Of a stretch of 64,000 bases of DNA, positions 1-9,218 are shown piece by piece (within the stretch, counting starts at the first letter, position 1; every line of letters begins with the position of its first letter). The notes below the pieces were generated by a model, which was not told the origin of the DNA, did not search any database, and was given only the letters and a program-made list of their open reading frames with translations. The stretch comes from an uncultured Candidatus Saccharibacteria bacterium (lineage in GTDB: Bacteria > Patescibacteriota > Minisyncoccia > Phycocordibacterales > PALSA-1337). The stretch covers positions 31 through 64,030 of the forward strand of contig CAYPPJ010000006.1 in assembly GCA_964412585.1 (NCBI GenBank). The letters are read 5' to 3'. A program made the position numbers and the translations under genes.

Positions 1-325
1 GTGGGAACAGGCTAAACCGCATTCGTGCGGGGTTGCGGGAGTGACTCGTCCTCAAAGGAACTTTGATTGTATACACCAATGTCTCGCAAGGGACGGAGTT
101 GATGTAGCCTAGAGCGATCTAGGTGCCTGGTTGTAGGAGAAGGCTCCACAATCACCACAACAGAGTTGACACCACCCAGTGGAAGCGTCTGTATGGCCAC
201 AGGCAATTTCACATCTCGATCAGAGAGTCCGATCCGACAGGGGTTGAACTCCACTGATAGCCTAAATGAAGCTCTTGCCCCGACCTCCCGGTAGATGACA
301 GCATCGACCGGGACTTTTATTTGAA

Positions 326-1310
326 TTACAAACTAAAATTCTTCAACGAGTACAAGTCCTCATTTTCCTCCTTTTGTACATCAGCTGGTGCACGGTCGTC
401 AACAGGCGTAGAGACTGGAGACTCGAGATTAGAGACTTGCTGAGAAGCAGAATCGGCAGGTTTTGCGGTCTGATCCTTCTTCGCACCTTCAATTTTTTCG
501 AGAAGCATTCTCAAATCATCAGGTGAAAAGAAATCAATCGTGACCGTACCTCCCTCCTTGGTCTTTTCAATCCTCACACGCGTACCCAACGACTCAGTAA
601 AATTTTTCTCAAGCTCAATAAATGCGGGATCCAGATACTTGCCCTTGTTACGAATACGCTCCGTAGCGACGCGACGTGACAGACTTTCAGCTTCACGCAC
701 CGTGAGCTTCTTGGTCATGATCTCCTTGAACAAGACCACCTGCTCTTCAGGGCGGTCAGTGAGCATGAGGAGCGGTCGAGTATGACCCTCTGAAATCTTT
801 CCTTCTTCGAGCGCGTTGATCATCTCATCAGGCAGGGACAAAATACGCATAGAGTTTGAAACATACTCGCGACTCTTGCCCACCTTCTCGGCGATCTGCG
901 CCTGCTTGAGACCAAACTCTTTTGCTAGACGTTCAAAGGAACGCGCGCGATCAACGGGATTCAAATCTTCACGCTGGAGGTTTTCGATGATAGCTACTTC
1001 GAGCTTGAGCTGTGCATCTTCAGGAGCCGAACGGATAAGTGCAGGAACCTGTGACAAACCGGCGAGCTTTGAAGCACGTAGTCGACGCTCACCTGAGATG
1101 AGTTCGTACTCCACCGTCATACCACCACTCTCATGAAATACTTCCTTGCGCGTCACTACGAGGGGCTGAAGGACGCCATACATGCGAATAGACTCGGACA
1201 GGCTCTTGAGCGCCATTTCATCAAATTCACGGCGTGGCTGATACGGGTTGGGGCTGACCTTGTCGACGTCAATCCAAAAGATAGCGTCGTTTACATATGC
1301 AGATGACATG
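326..1310 (-). CDS. parB: ParB/Spo0J chromosome partitioning protein. The tracked ORF is trimmed to the internal Met (MSSAYVNDAIF) because its N-terminal extension would overlap the tRNA-Leu on the other strand.
   Basis: GERRLRASKLAGL ParB box motif, C-terminal HTH region and acidic tail. Confidence 0.8.
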
Positions 1311-1367
1311 CGCCTATTATAATAGTTATTTGATTTTCGTGCGAATTCGGGTAGACTGATGTAACAA

Positions 1368-1449
1368 GCCGGGATGGCGGAATTGGTAGACGCACACGAC
1401 TCAAAATCGTGCGGAGTAATCCATGGGAGTTCGATTCTCCCTCCCGGCA
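1368..1449 (+). tRNA. tRNA-Leu(CAA) with a long variable arm.
   Basis: Acceptor GCCGGGA/TCCCGGC, anticodon stem CACGA/TCGTG with loop CT-CAA-AA, T-arm GGAGTTCGATTCTCC, long extra arm. Confidence 0.8.
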
Positions 1450-1450
1450 C

Positions 1451-2359
1451 ATGAAAACCAAACTCCTCGTTATCTGCGGACCCACTGCAGTGGGTAAAAG
1501 TGATTTGGCTGTATTTTTGGCTGAACAATTCAATGGAGAAGTTATCTCCGCCGATTCACGCCAAGTCTACAAGGGTCTTGATATTGGCACGGGCAAAATT
1601 ACTACTGCCGAAATGCGTGGCATCCCACATTACCTTCTCGATATCGCCGATCCACATGATCGCTTCACCACGATTGACTGGAAACAACACGCAGAAAAAG
1701 CTATTGCCGATATCAGCTCACGTGGCAAACTCCCCATCATTTGTGGCGGCACCGGATTTTACATTTCAACCCTGATCGACGACCTTGGCTTTCCAGAAGT
1801 TGAAGCAGATACCGAAGAACAGAAAAAACTCGAGGCTTTATCCGTCGATGAACTATTCCTCGAACTCAAAAAGGTTGACCCTCATCGTGGTGCCACTATC
1901 GATCCAAAAAATAAGCGTCGCCTGGCACGCGCTATCATTATTGCTCGCGCACTGGGCTCGGTACCACCAGTCACTCAGTCCGTGGAGTCACCGTATGATC
2001 TCTGCATGATTGGTGTGAATCTCCCATCGGAAGAATTGAAAGCACGAATTCATGCGCGCTTGGTCCAGCGCCTTGATGCAGGCATGATTGAAGAAGCGCA
2101 ACGCCTGCACGCTGAAGCACCTCTTGGCGCCGGACTTTCATTTGAACGCATGGATGAGCTCGGACTTGAATACAGATATTTGGGATATTTTTTGAAAAAT
2201 GAATTGACCCGCGAAGAACTTATCGAGCGACTTTCAGCAAAGATTTGGCAGTACGCAAAACGTCAGATGACCTGGTTCAAACGTGACACTCGCATCACCT
2301 GGTTTGCCCCAACAGACCGTGAACAAATTCGCCATTCCGTGGCTCAATTCCTCGCTTAG
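1451..2359 (+). CDS. miaA: tRNA dimethylallyltransferase MiaA.
   Basis: P-loop ICGPTAVGKS at the N-terminus, ISADSRQVYKGLDIGTGK motif. The start is the Met immediately after the tRNA. Confidence 0.85.
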   Translation: MKTKLLVICGPTAVGKSDLAVFLAEQFNGEVISADSRQVYKGLDIGTGKITTAEMRGIPHYLLDIADPHDRFTTIDWKQHAEKAIADISSRGKLPIICGGTGFYISTLIDDLGFPEVEADTEEQKKLEALSVDELFLELKKVDPHRGATIDPKNKRRLARAIIIARALGSVPPVTQSVESPYDLCMIGVNLPSEELKARIHARLVQRLDAGMIEEAQRLHAEAPLGAGLSFERMDELGLEYRYLGYFLKNELTREELIERLSAKIWQYAKRQMTWFKRDTRITWFAPTDREQIRHSVAQFLA

Positions 2360-2437
2360 ATCAAGGTGCTCCGGTACTTGATTTTATCCAAATATAGTGG
2401 TACAATAGTAACAGGCTCTTTGTAAAGCCTGAAACAA

Positions 2438-3220
2438 ATGAAACTCCTCGACCGGGGTCATGTTGTGGCCTCGGCCAAACGGATCCCTTTCAAGCCGACT
2501 GCACTTGTAGTCGTCACACCAAAACGGACAACTCCGTTTCTTGGTTTCAGTGGACTCTGGAGCGTCGGCGACCAGTGGACACTTGCGCCGTCAGCGCTCG
2601 ATCGGTCGATGGTTTCGTGCCCTCTTCGAGGACATGAAAAACATGCGATCCATTCGCTCAATCACGTGTCCCTCATGGATTACGTGCTTGACGCGGAAGA
2701 GCGCCTCAAGGCCAATGGCCCCTCAATCCTGATGGGCCAATCGGCTGGCGGGTATGTGGTGCAGATTTTGGCAAACCGCAACCCTGAGCTGGTCAAAGGC
2801 GTTGTGCTCTTCGCGAGCTCAATGCCCAAAGCACCCGGCGTACGGGCAGTACGTTTCCAAGCCAAGTTCCTGTGGTACTCGTGGTACCTCATGACCGGCT
2901 TCGAATTCTGTTTACGGCCAGCTCAATACCGTTTCGTCCAAGGACGCACCAAGGTGCTACTCGGACGCGAATCAGGTCGTGCCGCTGCCGATGTGCTGGG
3001 ACGCAAGATCCCCGTCGAGCCGATCCTCCATTGTCCTGTGTACAGTATCACGGGAAATATGGATCAGTTCGCGGACGTCGGACGTCAGAAACTTCTCGCC
3101 GACTATCACCATGCGGACTTCGAAGTCATCTTCGGGGACCACATGTTCCACTGCGACAAAGAAGTCGCACCCCGAGCTTTCAGGCTCGTTCGAGACTGGT
3201 GCTTCAAGCATCAGATCTAA
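2438..3220 (+). CDS. Alpha/beta-hydrolase fold protein; start uncertain.
   Basis: GQSAGG nucleophile-elbow (GxSxG) motif, later Asp/His candidates. Confidence 0.45.
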   Translation: MKLLDRGHVVASAKRIPFKPTALVVVTPKRTTPFLGFSGLWSVGDQWTLAPSALDRSMVSCPLRGHEKHAIHSLNHVSLMDYVLDAEERLKANGPSILMGQSAGGYVVQILANRNPELVKGVVLFASSMPKAPGVRAVRFQAKFLWYSWYLMTGFEFCLRPAQYRFVQGRTKVLLGRESGRAAADVLGRKIPVEPILHCPVYSITGNMDQFADVGRQKLLADYHHADFEVIFGDHMFHCDKEVAPRAFRLVRDWCFKHQI

Positions 3221-3234
3221 ACTCACGCGATCTG

Positions 3235-3276
3235 CCGGAACCTCATCACTGGGGTTCCGGCATACTTTTTTATATA
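3235..3276 (+). terminator. Rho-independent terminator.
   Basis: GCCGGAACC...GGTTCCGGC hairpin followed by a T-run. Confidence 0.6.
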
Positions 3277-3389
3277 AATAAAAAAGCGGCCGGACGACAA
3301 GCGTCTAGCCGCGAAAGGTATGAGTGGTGTTTGGCACAAATGGCCGGGGTGTCAACTGGCTTTCAGCCGACACCATCTTCGCCTTCAAT

Positions 3390-3791
3390 CTAGGTAGCCG
3401 GTTCGGATGTTCGCGCATCTCCCGGAAACCCGTGCTTCTCCTGGTCAGCCAGCCAGCGGAAAACATAGTCAACAATCGAGTGGGCCTGCCGCACGGCTGG
3501 ATAGGTCGTCGCCCCCGACGGTTCAAAGCGCATAAAGGAAAACTTCTTCGCGAGAACGTCCAGCGGGACTCCGTACTGCAACAGGAGGCTGGTCAACGTA
3601 CCAATGGTATTAAGTAGCCCTTCAATGGTGTTCCCCGAACCATTCATTGTAATAAATAGTTCCCCCGGTGTGTTGTCATCGTAGAGTCCTACGGTGAGGT
3701 ATCCTTCGTACCCGCCGAACGCAAACTTGTGGGTGATTGCCTTGCGCGTTTCCGGAAGCGAACGACGAGATGGTGCTATCGATGTGCTCAT
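3390..3791 (-). CDS. Standalone class II ribonucleotide reductase (NrdJ) C-terminal domain-like protein, TSCPD-like.
   Basis: HKFAFGGYEGYLTVGLYDD..GELFI...LLQYGVPLDVL...RFEPSG...SIVDYVFRWLA matches my recollection of the C-terminal segment of B12-dependent RNR. It is only 133 aa with no NrdJ body adjacent. Confidence 0.5.
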   Translation of the reverse strand: MSTSIAPSRRSLPETRKAITHKFAFGGYEGYLTVGLYDDNTPGELFITMNGSGNTIEGLLNTIGTLTSLLLQYGVPLDVLAKKFSFMRFEPSGATTYPAVRQAHSIVDYVFRWLADQEKHGFPGDARTSEPAT

Positions 3792-3886
3792 GTATTGCCT
3801 TTCATTTCATTATCTCGTATCGCCATGACACAAGATGGTAGATTCAAATCTAAGACTACACCTAGAATATTGGCTGTCAAGAATAC

Positions 3887-5050
3887 TTACTTCTTCCTCC
3901 TCAAATACCTCTTCCCTTTTAGTTTCTCCGGCAAATAACTGTCCGCGCCACTCCCCGGCTTATTCGGATATTTCTCATACCCCTTCCCATAATTCAACTC
4001 CTTCATCAGCTTCGTCGGAGCATTCCTGATCTTGAGAGGTATTGGCAAATTTCCCATCTTCCTGACATCATCGAGCGCCTCGAAATAGGCATCATTCGCC
4101 GAACGATCTTTTGCAGCCAGCGCCAGATATGCTGTACCGTGCGCCAGGTTGATCCCCGCTTCGGGGAGACCGATAGACTCCACCGCCCGAAAGACTTCAT
4201 TGGCCACGACCAGCGCCGTCGGCTGAGCCAGACCAATATCTTCCGAGGCAAAGATGACCATGCGTCGCGCAATGAACTTGGGATCTTCACCACCTTCGAT
4301 CATGCGGGCCAGATAATAGATGGCCGCATCAGCATCGCCAGCACGCATGCTCTTGATGTAGGCCGAGATGGTATCGTAATGTTCCTCCCCTTTCTTATCA
4401 AAACGGATAAAGGCGTGCTCGAAGGTATTCTTGAGGGTCTCCAGCGTGATCGAGCCATAGAGTCGCTGGGCATTTTCCAAAGCCGTGATGGCGATACGCG
4501 CGTCGCCATTGGCCAGAGCCACCAGCCAGTCCAGCGCATCCTTGGGCACCTTGATCTTGGTACGCTTCACAATACTCTTGAGGTCGGCTTCGGTGAGACT
4601 CTTCAGCACAAAGACGCGACAGCGTGACAACAGTGCGGGGATGATCTCGAAACTCGGATTCTCCGTGGTCGCGCCCACCAAGACCAGTCGACCGCTCTCC
4701 ACGTACGGCAGCAAGAAATCCTGCTGGGCTTTGTTGAAGCGATGGATCTCGTCGAGGAACAAGAGCTTGGGACGATTTTCCAGTAAGGTATCTGACTCCT
4801 CAACAATGGCACGAATGTCGTCCTTGCCCGCAGAGACAGCCGAGAGTTCGTAGAGTCGCGCATTGAGTGCCGCGGCATATATCTTGGCCAAGGTTGTCTT
4901 GCCCGTCCCCGGCGGGCCCCAGAGGATGAATGAGAAGAGATGCTTGTCAGTGATCGCCTGGTACAGCGCCTTACCCTTGCCCACCAAGTGTTCCTGGCCG
5001 ACGTAGTCTTTGAGCGTTTGCGGGCGAATGAGGGATGCGAGGGGTTGCAT
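3887..5050 (-). CDS. rarA: Replication-associated recombination protein A (RarA/MgsA), AAA+ ATPase.
   Basis: Walker A GPPGTGKTTLAK, Walker B LFLDEIHRFNKAQQD, MgsA C-terminal helical domain. Confidence 0.85.
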   Translation of the reverse strand: MQPLASLIRPQTLKDYVGQEHLVGKGKALYQAITDKHLFSFILWGPPGTGKTTLAKIYAAALNARLYELSAVSAGKDDIRAIVEESDTLLENRPKLLFLDEIHRFNKAQQDFLLPYVESGRLVLVGATTENPSFEIIPALLSRCRVFVLKSLTEADLKSIVKRTKIKVPKDALDWLVALANGDARIAITALENAQRLYGSITLETLKNTFEHAFIRFDKKGEEHYDTISAYIKSMRAGDADAAIYYLARMIEGGEDPKFIARRMVIFASEDIGLAQPTALVVANEVFRAVESIGLPEAGINLAHGTAYLALAAKDRSANDAYFEALDDVRKMGNLPIPLKIRNAPTKLMKELNYGKGYEKYPNKPGSGADSYLPEKLKGKRYLRRKK

Positions 5051-5051
5051 C

Positions 5052-6644
5052 TTATTCTTTCAGAAAACTTATAAACTCATTTTCTAGTTCAAAACTCAAT
5101 TCGCCCTGCTTAAGAGAATTCAACATTTCAATAGGCTTTTGGGAAGAAGATGCAGGCTTAGTAAATCCAAGGTATTTTTCTAAATCCGGGGTAAGTTTTT
5201 TAATGACTGACGTGTAGCTATTTTTGTTAGCAAATATATCACTATTTCTTTCTTTGTTATCAGGATTAGACTCGTCATCTATATCAAATAATACTTTATG
5301 CTTGATACCAAATTCACTACATAATGTCATAAAACGCGGAATATTATATTTTCCTCCACAATCGATAACGTAAATATTTAAACCAAGTCCCTTTTCAAAA
5401 ATTAAGTAATTCAGAAAGACTTTGTCTGTTGGGCCTTCGACTAATATGACCTCATCCACAAAAAACATGGTATTCCTGTCAGGATTCAACCATAGTATAA
5501 AATTGAAGACATCTTCTTCTAATTTCATGCCATCTAGAAATTCCTTACCTGCACGAAAAATTTCACTATGCCCATCCTTTCGAATTAATCTTGAAATACT
5601 TGCCAAGGCATCACTTTTTGTACTAATTAAGTTTGGGGAATGAGTACACAAAATGACTTGTCCAGTAGCCGATTGCGCAATCTTCTCCAAACCTATGAGC
5701 AATTTTCTTTCTTGATCATAATGCAATAAAGCCTCTGGTTCTTCATACAATAAAAGTGTAAAATTGCCATTAAAATTTTTCTTATCAGTTTTAACTCTCT
5801 TTCCTTCAATTTCTGCCCAAAGAAGCAATAAATTGTTAACTATTGCCCTCTGTGCCCCAGAGCCTAAAAACATTGGGTCTTCCTCTTGATTTGTCTCGTC
5901 AGAAATGAAACGCAGTTGAGAACCTGTCAAAACAATATCTTCTGGTGTTGGAGGTAACAATGTGATTTTGGTTCGTAAATTCCAAGAAGAAAGTTTTTTA
6001 GTTAAATCCTCTTCAATTTCATTAATGCTGTTTAAATTGCCACTATTTTTTACTGGACTCCTTAAATCTTGGGCAAAAGACTTTGTATTTTTAACAAGCT
6101 CTGTCCAGGAAGGTAATGATTCAAGGGTATCAGATATTATTCTGGTTAATAATTTCGTAAATATTGATGATTTTACCTGTTTAAGTTCATCAGAAAGACC
6201 TTTGACGGCAGGGACATAGATGATATTTCCTAACTTTCCAATTTGCACATTTTTCGCGCCAAAGAAATCCTCTTCTCGCTCTGTTATAATTCCATCACGA
6301 TTCTCAAAGCCATGAGGCTTACCTTTTAAATTATCCCTAGAAAAACGTTTAATTACTTTCAGTTTATTATCGGGTAACTTATAAAATTCAGGCAATTGAG
6401 AAAATTCTTCTTCACTTAAACAAAACTCGAGTGTTATTTCTATACTTGAATCAGCACCACATCCCCTAAAAAAATCTTCATTTGTAACATTATAATCGCC
6501 ATAAAAGGCTCTCAAAGCGTGTATTACGCACGATTTCCCTGCGTTATTTTGTCCAATAAGTGTCCAAACATCATCTTTTGGACCTGCAACTTTGACATCC
6601 TTCAAAGATCGAAAATTCTTAATTTCTACTGATAGTAATTTCAT
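5052..6644 (-). CDS. Class-1 OLD-family ATP-dependent endonuclease (N-terminal ABC-like ATPase plus C-terminal Toprim).
   Basis: IKNFRSL..LIGQNNAGKS Walker A, LLLYEEPEA Walker B, CTHSP H-loop, Toprim VILVEGPTDKVFL plus DIDDESNPDN acidic motif. Low GC relative to flanks by eye. Confidence 0.7.
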   Translation of the reverse strand: MKLLSVEIKNFRSLKDVKVAGPKDDVWTLIGQNNAGKSCVIHALRAFYGDYNVTNEDFFRGCGADSSIEITLEFCLSEEEFSQLPEFYKLPDNKLKVIKRFSRDNLKGKPHGFENRDGIITEREEDFFGAKNVQIGKLGNIIYVPAVKGLSDELKQVKSSIFTKLLTRIISDTLESLPSWTELVKNTKSFAQDLRSPVKNSGNLNSINEIEEDLTKKLSSWNLRTKITLLPPTPEDIVLTGSQLRFISDETNQEEDPMFLGSGAQRAIVNNLLLLWAEIEGKRVKTDKKNFNGNFTLLLYEEPEALLHYDQERKLLIGLEKIAQSATGQVILCTHSPNLISTKSDALASISRLIRKDGHSEIFRAGKEFLDGMKLEEDVFNFILWLNPDRNTMFFVDEVILVEGPTDKVFLNYLIFEKGLGLNIYVIDCGGKYNIPRFMTLCSEFGIKHKVLFDIDDESNPDNKERNSDIFANKNSYTSVIKKLTPDLEKYLGFTKPASSSQKPIEMLNSLKQGELSFELENEFISFLKE

Positions 6645-6696
6645 AACCTAATCCTACTCTTCCTAGAAATTTTGTCTAATAACAGTTCTTAGCGCC

Positions 6697-7212
6697 CTAA
6701 AAACAAACCACAAATGATAGAAAAATTAAGATTATACCAGCAGTTGATGCTGAAATAGCAAGTGATAGATGACTATCTATATTCTCAGCAATTTTAAGTT
6801 CTGAAACTTCTGATACGTCGTTAACGTTTGCGTCAAATTCTGAATTTATCTTACTTAATTTTGAAAAATCTTTATCAATTATTGCTTTCTTAATTTCGCG
6901 CGTTTCCCGAACTGATTGATTAATTCTTTTTTCAGTATCATTAAATTGACCGAGTAATCTGTTTTTTGTATTCAACATCAAAAACAAAATTGATCCAACA
7001 ACAAAACATTCACCAAAGAAAAATAGCTTCATGCTAATAACACTCGAAAATGCTGTAAAACCAAATCCGGCAATTAGTCCGAGTACCCCTAAAAGCGAGA
7101 TAATATAGTTAACAGAAATTTGATATTCTTCGCGATGATTTTTAAGAAATTTCTCACGCAGCGAAATTATGAACTGCCCGTATTCAATTGCTTTTTCGAG
7201 TTCAGTTTTCAT
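6697..7212 (-). CDS. Small membrane protein (two central TM helices, a C-terminal TM, a coiled-coil-like charged segment) encoded directly upstream of the OLD nuclease.
   Basis: Hydrophobic segments ISLLGVLGLIAGFGFTAFSSVI, FFFGECFVVGSILFLML and GIILIFLSFVVCF. Same low-GC island. Its stop lies 52 bp from the OLD start, and its start lies 2 bp after the upstream gene's stop. Confidence 0.5.
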   Translation of the reverse strand: MKTELEKAIEYGQFIISLREKFLKNHREEYQISVNYIISLLGVLGLIAGFGFTAFSSVISMKLFFFGECFVVGSILFLMLNTKNRLLGQFNDTEKRINQSVRETREIKKAIIDKDFSKLSKINSEFDANVNDVSEVSELKIAENIDSHLSLAISASTAGIILIFLSFVVCF

Positions 7213-7214
7213 AT

Positions 7215-7745
7215 TTAAAAATTATAAACCCACCCAGGCTGCCACTTAAAATGCGTGGTCACCAGCTTTTCCAAGGGCACACCATTCAAGACATTCTCAA
7301 TGCCATACTGGGTGGCGCGATGACCGATGACCATCACTCGCTTGCCATCATAGTTTTTCTTGAGATCATCGAGAAATGATTTCATGCGAGCCGTGGTCTG
7401 GGTATAGCTCTCGCCATTAGGAAACGGCGTCGAGATGCGCTGCGGCTTTTCGGCATCAACGATCTCGCTGGGCTTCTGGGTCAGATCGCCATAATTGCAT
7501 TCGCGGAGCCTTGCATCGCGGATGATGGGCCACTTGGTGCCAAAGCCGATCTCGGCGCTCTTGTACGCACGCTGGAGGTCGGAGCAGAAAATGGCATCGA
7601 AGTGGTCGTCCTTGTAACGCTGGCCCATCTCGACCGACTGACGTTCACCGAGCGGCGAGAGCGCGACATCATTCCATCCGGATGACAGATGGGCTTCGTT
7701 GTCGAAGGTGGTGCCGTGGGCTTCGAAGATGAGGGTGAGGGGCAT
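7215..7745 (-). CDS. Histidine phosphatase (phosphoglycerate mutase) family protein with a variant active-site motif.
   Basis: LIFEAHGTT...GWNDVALSPLGERQ...VMVIGHRATQ family pattern. The canonical RHG reads AHG. Confidence 0.55.
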   Translation of the reverse strand: MPLTLIFEAHGTTFDNEAHLSSGWNDVALSPLGERQSVEMGQRYKDDHFDAIFCSDLQRAYKSAEIGFGTKWPIIRDARLRECNYGDLTQKPSEIVDAEKPQRISTPFPNGESYTQTTARMKSFLDDLKKNYDGKRVMVIGHRATQYGIENVLNGVPLEKLVTTHFKWQPGWVYNF

Positions 7746-7871
7746 GCCACTATAGTACTCCCCTCCAGTGCATTGATGAATATTGACATGAGTCTATATT
7801 CGTGCTTATATATTATTAACTGCACTTTATGTGCCTCAAAAGCACAGCAAACCACAACACAAAGGACACCC

Positions 7872-8378
7872 GTGAATTTCAAAAACTCACGACTCAAAAT
7901 TGCCTATTACGATGAACCTGACATGGCGCCAAATCCTCTACAATGTGTCGCCTATCATATCTACGGCAGACAAATCGTCTTTACCGGCTTACACAACGGT
8001 GATGACGGTCCGCGCGGATCTACGATCAACTACGCAGAAGAGGTCGTCCGAGCGATTGCTACGCAAGAAGCGATTGATGGACGTCGGTATACTTTCTACG
8101 ATCTGCAGACGTGCCGTGGGTATGGTGGGCGTGGCGGAGAATATTACCGAGGAAGTTATTGCCTCAATGAGCTCGAGCTCTCCTGGCCACAAGATGGCAA
8201 CACACCCAATCGTGACGTTAGATGGATTGAAGGTCATGCCAATGAGGAGGTTCTGTCCGATTTCGCAGAATTCATCTGGGATGATCTGCCCGTCGGAACA
8301 CCTATAAACATTGCTGTCCAACGAGGCGGACTCAAGCCGTTACTACCCCAGCAAAAACTGCTGAGTACACGCGCGTGA
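7872..8378 (+). CDS. Hypothetical protein; GTG start chosen after an AAAGGA RBS because the longer ATG ORF would be antisense to the phosphatase gene.
   Basis: ORF followed by a terminator hairpin. No recognisable motifs. Confidence 0.35.
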   Translation: MNFKNSRLKIAYYDEPDMAPNPLQCVAYHIYGRQIVFTGLHNGDDGPRGSTINYAEEVVRAIATQEAIDGRRYTFYDLQTCRGYGGRGGEYYRGSYCLNELELSWPQDGNTPNRDVRWIEGHANEEVLSDFAEFIWDDLPVGTPINIAVQRGGLKPLLPQQKLLSTRA

Positions 8379-8396
8379 CAACTACGCGTTCACACA

Positions 8397-8426
8397 CCCC
8401 GGAATCGGTTTCCGGGGATTTTTATT
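8397..8426 (+). terminator. Rho-independent terminator.
   Basis: CCCCGGAA-TCGG-TTCCGGGG hairpin followed by a T-run. Confidence 0.6.
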
Positions 8427-8549
8427 TCCTTGATTCCCTACAATCCCCTTTGCTACAATACCTCCACTAGAAATTCCCCTCCGTAACTCAAGCACTGACA
8501 GCGCACGCTGGGTGCTTTTTTATCTACTTATTAACCTAAATATCACAAC

Positions 8550-9008
8550 ATGAATAAAACAACTGAACTCCTCAACCTAATAAAATGGATGGCTATACAA
8601 GCTCAACTTCAGCTAGCCCCGCAATCTCAATTTCCTGAAAGGAAACAAATATGGTGGGCGTGTCTAGGACAAAATATCGGTATTGAAACAAACGGCAAAA
8701 ACTATCGTTTTGAAAGACCGGTATTGGTAATAAAAGCATTCAATGCGTGCGCGCTATTTGTCGCACCTCTCACAAGCACTCTAGGGACTCATCAATTTCT
8801 TATTGAATTTAACCACCTAGGACAAAAGAAATCAGTCAACGTGTCTCAATTGCGAACACTAAGTGCCAAAAGATTTACAAAAAAGATCTCCGACATGTCA
8901 GATGCTGATTTTGACCGCATTATTTCATCGATTCAGAAAATTGTCCTCAATAAACCTGAAACCCCGCAGAGCGGGGTTTCTTTTGAGCTCCCTCACGAAG
9001 TGGAGTAA
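8550..9008 (+). CDS. PemK/MazF/Kid-family toxin-like protein, orphan.
   Basis: KQIWWACLG..G.E..G, RPVLVI, VAPLTS and SQLRTLS resemble Kid/PemK (GEIW, RPVLIV, VVPVTS, Q.RT.D). AT-rich. No antitoxin ORF upstream. Confidence 0.55.
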   Translation: MNKTTELLNLIKWMAIQAQLQLAPQSQFPERKQIWWACLGQNIGIETNGKNYRFERPVLVIKAFNACALFVAPLTSTLGTHQFLIEFNHLGQKKSVNVSQLRTLSAKRFTKKISDMSDADFDRIISSIQKIVLNKPETPQSGVSFELPHEVE

Positions 9009-9218
9009 AAGGTTCGGAAAGACTTTCCAGTCCCTCCTCGAATCCTCTAATAATGGAGGATGAATAAGCAAATTGTATTCTCCTAAAATGAGAAAGTCAA
9101 GATTACGAATTGTCTCTTCCTGTATACATTGACACCACCTAAAAATAATGTTAATAAGAACATGGCTTTGTTAGATAACCCAGTACGGCCGCAAGGCCTT
9201 TGAAAGGAAACCCTACCC

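Noticed and set aside
1311-1528. N-terminal 73 codons of the tracked ParB ORF.
   Set aside because: They would overlap tRNA-Leu on the opposite strand and the MiaA start. The ParB homology begins at the internal Met (MSSAYVNDAIF).
7689-7871. ATG-initiated N-terminal extension of the 7689-8378 ORF.
   Set aside because: The extension is antisense to the well-supported histidine-phosphatase gene. A GTG at 7872 preceded by an AAAGGA RBS gives a non-overlapping start.
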